DNA of 64,000 nucleotides, from assembly GCA_973851085.1 (NCBI GenBank), contig OZ316775.1, positions 8,742,001 to 8,806,000 of the forward strand, given 5' to 3'. Numbering within the stretch: the stretch's first letter is position 1; every line of letters starts with the position of its first letter. The notes under the pieces were generated by a model that had not been told where the DNA came from, ran no database searches, and was given only the letters and a program-made list of their open reading frames with translations. Below are positions 43,664-55,993 of this stretch, in pieces. The DNA is from Ptychomitrium polyphyllum (lineage: Eukaryota). The translations under genes were made by a program, and so were the position numbers.

Positions 43664-44236
43664 TGTCACGGACATAGATCATGCAACATAGTCATTAGAA
43701 CATTCTAGAACCTTCGAGTATACTATAATAGCTCCTTATAATACTTTTAGATGTCTCCATAGCCTTTTTATGTTTTTAAGAAGCTTCCTAGGAAAGTTCC
43801 TCCACCTTAAGAAACTTCCTAGGAAAATTCTACTTCTTTAGGAAACTTCCTAAGAAGGTTCCGCTACCATAGGAAACTTCCTAGGAAGGTTCTACCTCTT
43901 TAGGAAACTTCCTAAGAAGGTTCTGCTACCTTAGGAAGCTTCTTAGGAAGGTTCCAACATCTTAGGAAATTTCTTGGGAAGGTTCCTTAGACTTCCAGAA
44001 CATTCTTAAGCCTTGTAAGAAGCTCTTTTAGAAGTATCCTAGGAGATACAAACGTCCTAGTATAAATAAGAGGCAAGACAAGGTATTCCTTAGTCTTGCC
44101 AACACAAGTTGTGGATCATCTTGAATCCTGCCTTGTTCTAGTCTTTGTATCAAAGTTCTTGTTAATCATTTGCTCTTTGGAAGCTAATTTTTGGGAAATA
44201 CTTCGTTTCTACTTCTTGTTTCTTGTGTTCCTAACA
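43664..44236 (+). repeat. 3' LTR (573 bp) with an expanded internal ~31-bp array
   Basis: Direct repeat of the 5' LTR but 124 bp longer, from extra TTAGGAAACTTCCTAAGAAGGTTC-type units. Confidence 0.92.
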
Positions 44237-47068
44237 GTAAGAATAAAAAATGAGTCCCGATTGGTGGAGCTAGTGTTGGGGCTTCACCACGGGGACTCCC
44301 ACACCATTGTGAGCCGGTGGATGATCGGTTTCACAAAAAGAACTAGTGAGATCAAGAGGGCACGCTTGTTACCACTAAGTTGGGGTGGTGTCTTCACGTC
44401 GGCACCATGATGGCCCGGGATGATTTAAGGATCACATGGGGATCATGAGTAGTGGTAAGGAGACACCACTAAATGCGGTTATGTTGTGTAGAATGGAAGT
44501 AACACCAAATGAGGCCATGGACATGAATGGAAGTAACACCAAATGAGGCCTTGGACATGAATGGAAGTTCACACCTAACCATTGGCTACCAATCAATTGG
44601 GTGTCTCAAGAGAAATAGTAGAGGGACTTGGAGAGCAAGAATGGAGGTTAACTATGTGCATGTGGGGGTGTACAGGGTTGACGCATATGACGCTTGCTAA
44701 GGTGCATTACAAGGGTTGTGACACCAATGGTTAGGTGTGGACTTCCATTCATGTTCAAGGCCTCATTTGGTATTATTCCCATTTTATATGGCCTAACTAC
44801 ACTTAATGATGTTTCGTTACCATTCTTCATGATTTCCATGTGATTCTAAGATTATCCTAGGCCACTATGGTGTTGGCATGAAGACACCACTCCAACTTAG
44901 TGATAACAAACGTACCTTTTAAATTTCACTAATTCCTTTCATAAAACCAGCCACCCATCGACTCACAATGGTGTAGGAATCCTTGTAGTGAAGCCCCAAC
45001 ACTAGTTTTATCCACTGGAATTCATCTTTAATTCCTATTGGAACATTATAGAAGTGGGGAAGGGGACCAGCCCTCCTCTATAATATTCTCTGTGGAATTT
45101 GGCAGGTCCTTTGGCCCTCTATAGCTGATTGAATCCTAACACATTCAAAACTTTGGAAGACCACCTGATTTTTCTTAGAACTTAGCCGCTGGAAGCCTCT
45201 AGAACTTCCTACGGACCTTCAGGGAGCCATATCTTCCACGTCTGGTCTCTGAATCTATTGAGCAACCATTCTATCATTATTAATTCTATGCATAGATAGC
45301 GATAGATTCTTCAAACGTTTGATTTGACTTAATATTTTGGGAGATATGCCTCTTCCAAGGTTTGAACTCCTAGGGAGTCCTTCCCTATACTATTTCAATC
45401 CAGCACAGTCACAGTCTAGGGCTGCCACAGTCCAAACAGTTCTTTGCAGCCCTAACTTTAGGATGCCATATCTTTTAGCTCCACTGTCCGATTTGAGCAA
45501 TCTTTAGCATTCTAGAATCAACTCATTGTGAGTCTTTCATGCCTACCATTTCTTCCTTGTGGTCCTTAGTCTATATAGGCAAGGATGTTTCTCCCCCTTG
45601 GAATCTTTCCTACGCTAGGTCCATTTAAGTCACCTCACTATTGGCACCACAAGTTCCGGACGTCACTCCGAGATCTTCCTTGTGCCCTTAGTGTTGCAGG
45701 CACTCCTCAAGGAGAGGTACGCGATACTAGTGCTGTAGTGTGACCAGAGCTATTATGGGAATTGGTTAGCTGTTAGTGCAATGTGAACAAGGCTATTAGA
45801 AAAACCAATTCTTATATTAAACCTTAGTATTTTTGGGCCCTTGTGTTGTGTTGAGGTTTCTTGGCTTATTTTGGAAAATGCTAATCTTATTATTCTACAA
45901 AACATTTCTTTTCACGTTGGGGGCCATGATATATGTTCCAATCTTGAAATGTGGATATTAATATAAGTTTGAATCCATTGAGTTAAATTTTTGAAATATC
46001 TAATTCGAGATTGTCAATTCTGGAGACGTTCAAAGCAATCCTAGTTTACGTGCCCGTTACCTCTTTGGTTTTTATGACCTTGCCATATAGGTTTGACTTG
46101 AAATGTTAGGAATCAGCTCCATTGATATTTTCTTAATCTTTCACTGCTTTCTTTGCGCATTCAATTGTGGGGCCACCAATGCTGTCCAAATCTCTTGGCT
46201 TAGCTAAGGTAATCATATGAACTCTCATATAATATAGGCAGGTTTTTTGATATTGAATCTTGGATTGCAGTGTGTATGTCTACCATGTCACGAATTATCT
46301 TCTGAAGTGCCAGATTTCTTAGCGCCTAGATCAAATAATTTTGTAAACTTTACTAGCTACTAGTATAGTGAGGATTTAGAAAAGATTTCTGGTATTACAT
46401 TTCTAGCCGCTTGCAAAGTAACAAGCGTATTTCAGATGGGGTCTAGTTTCTATTAATATCTGAAAACCACTGAGGTTTTGTGGTTTGACATAATATGATC
46501 CATGCAATCAAAATATTAGGACTGCATCTAAACCTAGGAGTTAGGTTCTCCTGGAATCTTTCTGCAATTTCAATGGTGGTCTAGTTTGTCTTAGTCTTGG
46601 GGCATCTGTTGCAGAAACTTGATTGAATTCTCATCTTCTATATATTGGTGTTCTGTAAGGTGCCTGTGGTTAAGCTGTGTTTCTTGGTTTCTTGCAGAAG
46701 AATTTTGAGTACTGTGAATTTACGAAGGCAGCAATGATTGTTGTTGATTGATTTGGACAATACTGAAGAAGCAAATTGAATCATACTTTTTCATCAACTA
46801 GGATTATATTAATTCAGTGAGTGTAGTGATGTTTGTTAATACTCCTATAGTTTTGGAGGTTTTTATACGGGCTATGATCTTTGAGCGCTTCTACAACGGT
46901 AGCAGTATGCTGAATACATGATTGTCGCAATCGCTGGTATTAGAGGTGATAAAAGTTGCAGATTGGATACCTCAACAGCAACGTGGGATGCCTATGTTTT
47001 GCTAGTTGGCCATTAGGCCCTACTAAAGGAGTTTCTTATCACTGTCTGGAAAAAGCTCTCCAATATGC

Positions 47069-49455
47069 TTGCGTAACAGTGCTGGCGGTGGGGATCAGCC
47101 ACCTTCACTGCATTTTAGTATAGGCCAAATGAAGTTACATCCAACAATCGATTCAAGAAAAGAGGTGAGAACCAAACTGTGTTTTGATGAGTCAGGTATT
47201 CTCACTCCACAACAAGTCAATCAAGGACTTTTCAAATGTTGGAACCTTGTACACAGTTACAGTACATGTCAACTTGGGGCCCATATTGCTGCCAACTTCG
47301 ATCTCCACCATTCTTGTTGTGATGGTTTATCCCTTGTATACAGAGTCATGTATGTCTAGAAACTCTTGGTATACTAGTTTTTGCTCGTCTACACATACTT
47401 AATGGTTAGTTCTATTTTCAACTCTAATATGCTTATTTCGTGTATGCTTTGTACATTGATGTTTAAATTAATACCTCTTTTGTGCATTCACCTATACCTT
47501 CACAACTCTAGGGTGCACCCCGGGCCAGTTCTAGGTGTTTTTGTCGTTGGTTAGCGTGAGCTTGTTTCAGCAGTGTTTTAGGTGATCAATGCATTTGCTA
47601 AAACTTTCGCTTGTGATCCCTTTCGTAAAAGGATGCTGAAATTTGTCCTGGTGGCGTGGTCGTATGGCAGTGTGAAGAAGCAGATGAGGTTCGACTCCCT
47701 AGTACCAGCGCCATCCGTGGCACTGCAATCAAGAGTGGTCATTCCTAAGAAACTGAAGTCGGGGAACATGAAAGATGTTGGCAGTAGCTTGTGTGTTAGT
47801 GTACATGGAGCTGTTAGTCCCCGAGGAACAGCTGACGCCACTACTCATAGTTCAAGCAAAGGTATGTACAGTTTATGTGATGTGATGTGCTGCGCATTCA
47901 ATCAATGCAGTTCATTTTCTTACTTTACTCTGAATGACTACTGTTGCTATTTTAAGTTTGTGCCAATCAAGTCATAATCTGCTAACAAAGCTTTATATGT
48001 GTTTTTAAAACCTCCTCCCTCTGGACAACAACCTTTGCCGTCTACCTCTAAGAATGTGTAGTTTCCGCAGTTTCTTCCGGCTCCCCAAGTACCTTGCCCA
48101 CCTACACCTACTCAATCTGGTGGTGTGGAGGTGCAAAGTCCTGAAACTGGGACGGAGGCACATCAAAGGGAAGAAGGCAAGGAAGGTGAAACTGACAGAA
48201 CCGATGGAACCGATTCTCTCTGTGATTACTGTTCCTGAAGTTCTTGAAGTCCGTGAAAGTGATCATGAGATTCTTGAAGTGGATGGTATTATTGAGAAGA
48301 GTATAGTTACTAAAAAGGACGATCCAGAGCAGAAAAATGCCATTGGTCCTGATGAGCCTACCGCTAATAGATTGCAGGGTGTGTTCACTACCACTCTCTT
48401 GTCTGACAAAAGAAAATTCACCACTATCTCCGAACCTGGTGTTCAGCAGTACAAGCGCACACGAATCATCGGTCCTCACGCTATGAAAAGCGTTGCAGCT
48501 CTGCGAGCTGCTCTAATTTGAGCAGTACGACCCAAATTACCTTCAAAGTTTAGGTTACAGCCAGAATCAAAAGAAAGGAGCGTGAACAACTACCCGGAAA
48601 TGTGGGCAAGAAAAGCCTTTGATGCGTGGAGAACTCTAAATGGTCACCCTACTGACCTTTCAATTGAGGATTTGTCGGAACAAAGTGATGTTAGGCCGCT
48701 CGTTGATATGTTGTGCGATTTCATGTCACAACTCACAAAACAGAACGGCCAGCCATATCCACCAGCCAGGTTCCACGCCATCCTCTTCCTGTTAACCTCG
48801 CCTTTTGTGAAGGGCGTACGTGATTGTAAGATGTTTTTAATCTCTATACTGCATACGTTAGGTGTGTGTTTGGTGTTACGTATCTAGGTCATTTGTGCCC
48901 ATTTGTGCAAATATAGTAGAATGTTTTTTGTCAAAAACACTCCTATGTTTGACTGAACTGGGAACAGTTGGGCCTTTCGAAACCTTTGGAGAGTTCTAAC
49001 GTGCTATATCCTTAACCAGGCCAATCTCTTTAACTTCTTAGGTGCTCAACCTTATGTGCGAAATTTGATCTGAAGGTACTGTGAAAAGTTCTTATTCCAG
49101 TCTGGTGTGCGTACAGGTACACTCAAAATCAGAGGGCGAACTGGAAACTTAAAGATGACAACAAACCCCGACATTCTATTAGGTGCTACATCTCTGACGT
49201 CTTAGAGACCTATCATATTCTCGTGGCACATCGACCAGTCTGGTTGGATACAGAACCGCCGCCTCATCCTTTTTCTCTCAAGAGTCTTCCCAAGTGGAGC
49301 GATCAGGATGTTTGGTATGCAAAAGTTCCTGCTGGTAAAAACAAGTTCAGTATGTGGAACCAGGATATTCTTTCATCTTTAGGAGGACTCACGGGAAGAG
49401 TTACTTCAAAGTTTGACTATGCAAAGTTCGATTACATGGTTGAAGCCACCAGGGT
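47069..49455 (+). pseudogene. Decayed intron-containing DUF3504/Crypton-like (tyrosine-recombinase-related) gene; boundaries approximate
   Basis: Peptides WARKAFDAWR...LVDMLCDFMSQLTKQNGQPYPP (48582-48770) and YTQNQRANWK...RCY...YHILVAHRP...PFSLK...WYAKVPAGKNKFSMW...GLTGRVTSK (49118-49410) resemble DUF3504-family motifs. AG/GT-bounded exon-like blocks (47582-47861, 49118-49452); in-frame TGA at 48519 and a frameshift near 48230. Confidence 0.55.
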
Positions 49456-51721
49456 AGATCATTCGTAAATATCTTTTTTAGTGTATAGTAGAGACCTGCG
49501 AAGATGAAGACTGTCACTCAACTGTTTTTCCTTCTTTCCTTGTTTTATCTGTCAAAGGATAATGCCATACTTGGCATACATGCTGGTAACTTGAGAGAAC
49601 CTTGTTATATGTTTTCACCAGAATATATTTTAGTTTCCAAGCATGTGATCTCTTGTAGAGTTGCAGTAACACCATTGTTCATTTTGTTGCATGGTATGAA
49701 TTCATTCATATGTAACAAAATGAGCAATGACGTTCATGTATTGACCGCATTGTTTAGTTGGGGATGTTCGGCATAATGAAAAGGTTCTCCACCAAATTCA
49801 AGGATTAGAGGAAAATCAGAGGTATCTCTAACATTACTAATTCTTTTGCTTAGCGCTGCTTAGACGTTATCAAAATTGTGTGACGCCTTTTGTTTTGTCG
49901 CATTATATGTGATCATTTGGATGGTGGGAGGAATCAGGAGTTGCATACAAGCTCACACAAGTGACAAGATAACTTCCGTGGAACATGCGGCTTACATAAT
50001 GGACACGTTAACGTATCAATTTATAATGTGCTTGGATAAATGTCACATAATGTGTCGGCTCATAAGAACAACTGCAAAGCAATTACAGTACTGAGAAACC
50101 CAGCACTATGAGTCCGTCAGAACTAGCATGAACAACATGTGTTCTTGTTGCAGTCCTCCAAGAATTCCTGTGCGGAGGATTCTGTGAAGTTAATGAGATC
50201 GGCGTTTCACGAACTTGCACACATGTGTGGAGATATATGAAGCCCAGCAGAGAATCCAATCAGTTACTTGTGTACCTCAACTGCAGTCAACAAACAATTT
50301 CCATCAATTTCTTCTAAATATGCTAACTTCGCTTGTCACATCGACAATGTACAAATCAAACCTGATAAAGCCCCACATTGACACTACAGTAACCGCAACA
50401 TATATTCAATAAGCTTGTTTAGAAGCTTGTTCTTCCAACTATGTCTGCTGTGCACCAAACTGTGTATCTCAGTGAAGCTAGCAGTTGGAAAGCAATACTC
50501 CTAAAGCGAATGATAGGCGCTGGTCTTCATCCCACCCACCCACGCAGGACCGTGTCGACCTAACATGGGCTCTTTCGACACAGAACACTAGACAATGAGA
50601 GGGAGAAGAGGGTCAGAACAATCCATGCGTTTGCTAATTTGGACCCACATCCCAGTTGTTAGCAATGGCGTGCACAACAACGGCTACAGAAAGTTGATAG
50701 CAGCATTGGTTGCTCATCCCCACAACAAAAAGCTTCTAGTTAGGTTCATTACAACACCTCAGTTAAATGCCATACAATCAAGAGGATCACCATAACCTAC
50801 TTGTTGCTTCGTGCAGATTCAGCAATACCGAGATGAAGTCTCCAAGTCCATCATCATCTTGCACCTTTCCAGCCTCTGCCTCGGAAAACAACCAAGCAAC
50901 CAAGCTGACGCCCTTAATTCTCCAAAACCTCTTCACTGTAACCTTTAAACTAACCAACTGCACGCAAGAGGACCTAAAAATCTTCTCAACTGTTGATATG
51001 GATAACCAAGGTTACCGTGCCTGATTGATTATATACAGTGAAGTACATTTTGAGTTCCTGAAATCTATCAAAAAAAACCTAGATAGTTTGGATGTCGTTA
51101 GATTGGCAGCGCGGGCAAATGGGAAATGCGGAGGACTTGAGGTGTTCATCGTGAGGAGCAGGGAGGGGATTTGCCGATGTTGTCATGCATCCATCGCGCC
51201 AGGGATGTCTGCAGTGGTCTTTCCTGCACGCCGCACTTTCTTTTGATATGTGGGTCGTCGGTTGAGGTGCCCAATTGGCTCGCCACGCGGGTGGAGTTTC
51301 GAATCGAGGCTCAAGATGAGCTCCCGGCGTATATGTAGAAATCAGTGCATATAATTCTAAGAACGAAATTCAATCGTTCCATGGTTTTCTTCTTTCGTGG
51401 CTGTGTTGCCAGACTCTTTCCTTTTTGTTTGTGAATTCAACAGAGCTGAAGAGTGTGATCACCTCAACACGACTTTTCACGGAATGCATCTTTGAAATGC
51501 AATGCTTTCTGTTTGAGTTTCACAGGTAGCTTACGGAGCATTCTCTGGCGCAATTACCCTAGAGTTCAGTTTGTGTTCTGTTGTGTAAGAGCTGCTGGAG
51601 CTGCCATTAGGACTTTCACGTTGTCCCCTCTGTTGCTGCTGCCGCTCTTCCTTGCCGCTTCATTCAGGGGGTACTATTGATGATGGTGGTGAACTTTGTG
51701 GTCTGAGAAGGACGGGGTGCA

Positions 51722-54700
51722 ATGCATACGTTTACTGCTCCCATCCTACCCTCTTCATCGATCGACGTCTTCGGCTCTGTTTCCTCTATCTCCGGTCTCG
51801 CTCCTTTTAAGCGTTTCCCAGGAGGGAACGCACTAACCCAGTTCTTCTCACCTTTTTCGTTCCGGGAATTTTCGCGCCCGCGAGCGGTGAGTGTAAGCGT
51901 TAGGGGGACTCGACCCATATTGGGAGCTTCAGTGCACGAAGAGGAGGGAGAGGATAAGGGATGGTTTCGGCCAGGAGGACGAGGGAGAGGGCAATTCAGA
52001 GGCAGCAAGCACGGTGATGGTCGCGGTGCAGGACGAGCACAGGGAGCACCTCCACGAGGTAATGAGGAAGTCTCGAGTTTATTGGAACCCACTAGGGATT
52101 CGAGTTCAAGTAAGTGAATTGCTGTGCTTTTCCTTTGAAACCAGGGAATTTTTTTCGAGGATTTTGTCTTAATGGTTCAGTTTTCTGTTTGAAGGATAGA
52201 GGATACAAGAGGGTATTCAAAGATTGGAGAGCAAGGCCAAAGAAGATTGCGTCATCCGCGAGAGCAGCAGTGGCCTCCTCCGAATCCCCGAAGGGTTTAT
52301 CCTTCCAATTTGAGATATGCTCCTAATCCTGTGTATCCGAGGAAGTATCCTTTCTATCCAGAGAAAACTGATTTTCTGAAAACTAGAAATGGTGATGATC
52401 AAATCACCATTAAGGTTCGGGATCAGAATGACGTTAATAGACAAGATACATTGCCTTCAAGTAGCAGCGACGAGCCTGGTAAAGAAACTTACTTGCGGCA
52501 GTTGCTTAATGCAAGATTGTTAAACCCTAAACCTTCTAAGTCGTACATCCAAGAAGCTCCCCAGGATGGCAACAAAGATGAGAAGAGTGTTTCTAGTCTG
52601 CCATACACAACGAGGAGATCTCCCAGTGCAGAAGCGGTAAATGTCAACACCAATATTAGCGATGACGAGAAAGCACTGAGGCAGGCTTTAAAGCGAAGGC
52701 GGCAACAAACCAGGGGAGTGTTAAGAGAACACTTCATGGAGGCGCAATTGAGTAAGACCTTCTCGCAGCTCGTGATCGATAGTATGCCAGGTTTCGTGGA
52801 TCATATCCTCATTCAAGCCGTGGCACTGAAATCACAGGAGCGATATGTAACCTCAACGTTTGTGGCTCGAGCTCGAGCGTGCCTTGCAAACACCCAAGTT
52901 GCTGCGCTTGTCAAGTAAGTCTATGTTTAAAACGTACAGAATTTTTTCATTGTCTTTGTTTTAGGAAGAGATTATGGACTTACTATTTTAAGGTACTCAC
53001 TGTGTGCAGATGGATGAAGCACAATCACATCACTTACCCACGAATTGGTGTGTTAGTGGACTTAAAGGGTAAAGATTTGGACAGAGTGCGTGAGCGAATT
53101 GATTTTTTGAAGAAACATTATGTGAGAGGTCGCGACCTTGGGGTAGTCCTCACTAGGCATCCAGTCATCCTTGACAGACCACTGAACGAGCTCTATAATT
53201 TAGTACAACTGCTTGAAGATGCTGGAGTACGAAGATCCTGGATTGGATTTGTCATATGCCGGTCTCCAGGAGTTCTCGCCCATAGTATTGACGAGCTTCT
53301 TGATAAGATTTCGTTCTTCCAAGAGCTAGGGGTGAAACCAGAGCACTTTGGTCCTATGGCATTTAATTTTCCTGCAAGCGTTGGACGATTCTCTCTTTCT
53401 GAGATGCAAGCTAAGGTACGAGTTTGATTTTTGTACTTGTGTTATTTCATTTATCAGCACTTTTCTGGACCACTAAACGTTGATGGTTTACTGCAACCTT
53501 TTGTGGTCAGACGCGAACATGATTTTCCGTCTACAGTACCTCTGAGAATACTTGACATTTGTATCTGTGCTAATGTCATCCTATGAACCTGTATTGTTGG
53601 CGAACTTGAATGATCAGTAGGTGATGTAAGTCTGTGGTTTGGACCAATAAAACCTATTTTACCTTTCATGATTAATGTTATTAGTGTTTTACATGAAGTT
53701 TGCTTGGAACCTCACTTTGATATGGCTGACATGTAGGTCGAATTTTTAAGACGGCTGGGGTTAGTGGATGCCAACATTGGGAAAGCGATTGCTTCTAGAC
53801 CTCAGTTACTTGCCTGCGACATTGAGAGTGGATGGCAACGGCTGGTGAAGTACTTTAAATTGTTAGGAATTCAAGATGCAGGCATTCAGCGTATATTTTG
53901 TGTACATCCATCTGCATTTTGCATGAACCTGGAGAAGAACATCGCACCAAAGGTAAAACCATATTATTTGCAAAATCTTTATCCTGCAGTGTTTTATAAG
54001 CTCGTGTTAGTCAGAAAATTATGTATCTTCGCCGCCTTAGTTGTTTTGTAAATATAGCTAGCCTTTAGATTTATATCATGGACTTCTTTAATTCACCCTT
54101 TTTTCAGACAATTTGCTTTGAAGATTCTTTCAGAGGCTTTGAGAACGGTCCTGGATGAATCGTGATTGAAGTGGTTTGGTTTGGACAGGTTCGATTCTTC
54201 CGTGCAATTGGAGTTCATGAGGACGCCATAGGACAAGTAATTGTTGATTTTCCAGCCTTACTGAGCTACAGCATGGACAGAAAGATTCGTCCTGTGGTGA
54301 GTACTTTGTGTCTTCTCTATGATTTTCATCAAAACCAAGTAATATCTACTGTAGCACTTCAGCTTAACACTCTATGTTTGCTGCAACTTTCTTGTACTTA
54401 GTATGCAATCCGGTAGGCAATTGGCTCACAGGTTCAACAAAGTATGGCATGGGATCATATGATTACAGCATTTAACGATATTGGAAGGCAATGGGCTAGA
54501 CTTTGGTCGTCCTAACCAGAACTCTTAATGGTTGGTTCTTGTAAGAGGAAACAAGCAGATGAAATTGATTTTGATGTGAACGACTGATGTTTCTTGAATC
54601 TGGCACACAGGTCAGATTTATCTTGGAAGAAGCAGGGGTGAAAGAGGAGCACATTGGAAAAGTCATAGCTCTACGACCACAGTTGATAGGGACGGGTTTG

Positions 54701-55993
54701 ACTTTAAGACTAAAGCCGTTGGTACAGTACTTACGGAACCAACAGCTGAGGCGTGAGCAAATAGGGCGTATGGTGGCAGACTTTCCAATGCTGCTCAGAT
54801 ACAACCTTGTAATTATCGAATCCAAGTTAAAATACTTCAAGCGACATATGAAGCGTCCAATTGATGATCTTATCTCCTTTCCCCGGTAGGTTACTGCGTG
54901 CTTTCTGTTTGGCCCCAGTAAATACCCTCTTTTAAAATTGAATTTCAGATCTTTATTGTTTAATCCTCATGTAGTACTCATCTTTAGATATTTGAAATTA
55001 TTTCCACGTATTTCTGCCGTCTAGATCATTATTATTGGACGAGGTTGGCCCGTCTCACTACATTGAAACATGACGAACATTTTTGAGACTAGGGTGGAAG
55101 CAAGATCTTGAAGCATACCGACTGCAATTAATCGTGCTAGATGTCTTGCCTGTCGTATTTTGAATACATTCATTTTTGTGTGATAAAGCTGTTTCTAAAG
55201 ACATATTTAGTTTCTGAGGATACCTGTTGACAACCCAGTAAGTAATGTTGTTACATTTAGAAATTGTAAGTAGGTAAAATCGAAGAGAAGGTGTAGGAAC
55301 CATACTCCACTTAGAACGTTCATTGCATAGTTGCTACTTATTGATGCTATATTCCCATTTCTCATTTTTTGGATGGTATACATCGGCAGATTTTTCAGCT
55401 ATTCCTTGGAGGGGAGAATCAAACCTCGACAGCAGATTCTAAAATCCAACGACATAATTCTTCACCTTCGCAGCATGCTGGCCTGCAATAACGAAATATT
55501 TTACCAGCGAATCAAAGAATCACTTGAGAGGCGTAGTCGTGGAATATCATTAGACGAAGCATCATTACAAATCGATGATGAAGAGTTGGTACAGGAAGAC
55601 GGCCTCGTCACAGATTGGGTTCCAAGGGACACAAACATTTGGGGTGCGCTTAGAGGTGATAGTTCCGAAGATGCAGACATGGTCGACTTTGACGCCTCCA
55701 CTATATGGGCGGAGGAAGATCGATTGGAGTATGAGGAAGACGATGCTGCTGATGAATTAAGTGATGATGAAGAACTGTCAGGCACATTACGGATGCAGAA
55801 TGTTAGTAGTTCTCATAAAACATCTGTTCAGAAACTCTCTTCTTCATCTGAAGATGACGAATTGGTTTTCGAAGGTGGTGATGCTACAGATGAAGCTCAC
55901 ATTGAGGACAACGAAAATGAAAGCTTCGGGGAGGAAGAGGATGACAGCATTGACGGTGAAGATATCGACTTCCTCATGAAGTATTGTGTGTAG
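51722..55993 (+). CDS. mTERF-family protein, mTERF2/EMB2219-like, with probable plastid transit peptide, 7 exons
   Basis: mTERF repeats (LTRHPVIL, ICRSPGVL, IASRPQLL, IVDFPALL, VADFPMLL, FPRFFSYSLEGRIKPR) and PGFVDHILIQAVALK...RWMKHN as in At2g21710. Exons about 51722-52109/52113, 52195/52200-52914, 53010-53415, 53737-53952, 54189-54296, 54611-54885, 55390-55993; intron 1 boundaries are ambiguous. Confidence 0.88.

Larger units (their letters stand above)
37817..44236 (+). mobile_element. Full-length, inactivated Ty3/gypsy chromovirus (Tcn1/Tf1-sushi-like) LTR retrotransposon
   Basis: Two LTRs TGTCACGG...CTAACA, PPT AAATGGGGAGGTGA before the 3' LTR, gag then PR-RT-RH-IN-chromodomain order, decayed TSD ATAGG / GTAAG. 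Confidence 0.95.
37119..44723. mobile_element. Middle solo LTR (copy B), same family as copy A, opposite orientation, split into 37119-37816 and 44237-44723
   Basis: Ends TGTTGCG...TGTGACA; flanked by TCAAT (37114-37118) / CCAAT (44724-44728); colinear reverse-complement similarity to copy A, e.g. GTGACGTCCGGAACTTGTG versus CACAAGTTCCGGACGTCAC. Confidence 0.8.
36956..45726. mobile_element. Outer solo LTR (copy A), split into 36956-37118 and 44724-45726 by nested insertions
   Basis: The two pieces join into one ~1.15-kb sequence that is the reverse complement of copy B; ends TGATAC...GCGATA (decayed TG...CA); flanks TTGGT / CTAGT look like a decayed 5-bp TSD. Confidence 0.75.

Noticed and set aside
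44237..45726. Inverted repeats read as the TIRs of a DNA transposon or a miRNA precursor
   Set aside because: Better explained by two oppositely oriented solo LTRs with TG...CA ends and 5-bp TSDs.
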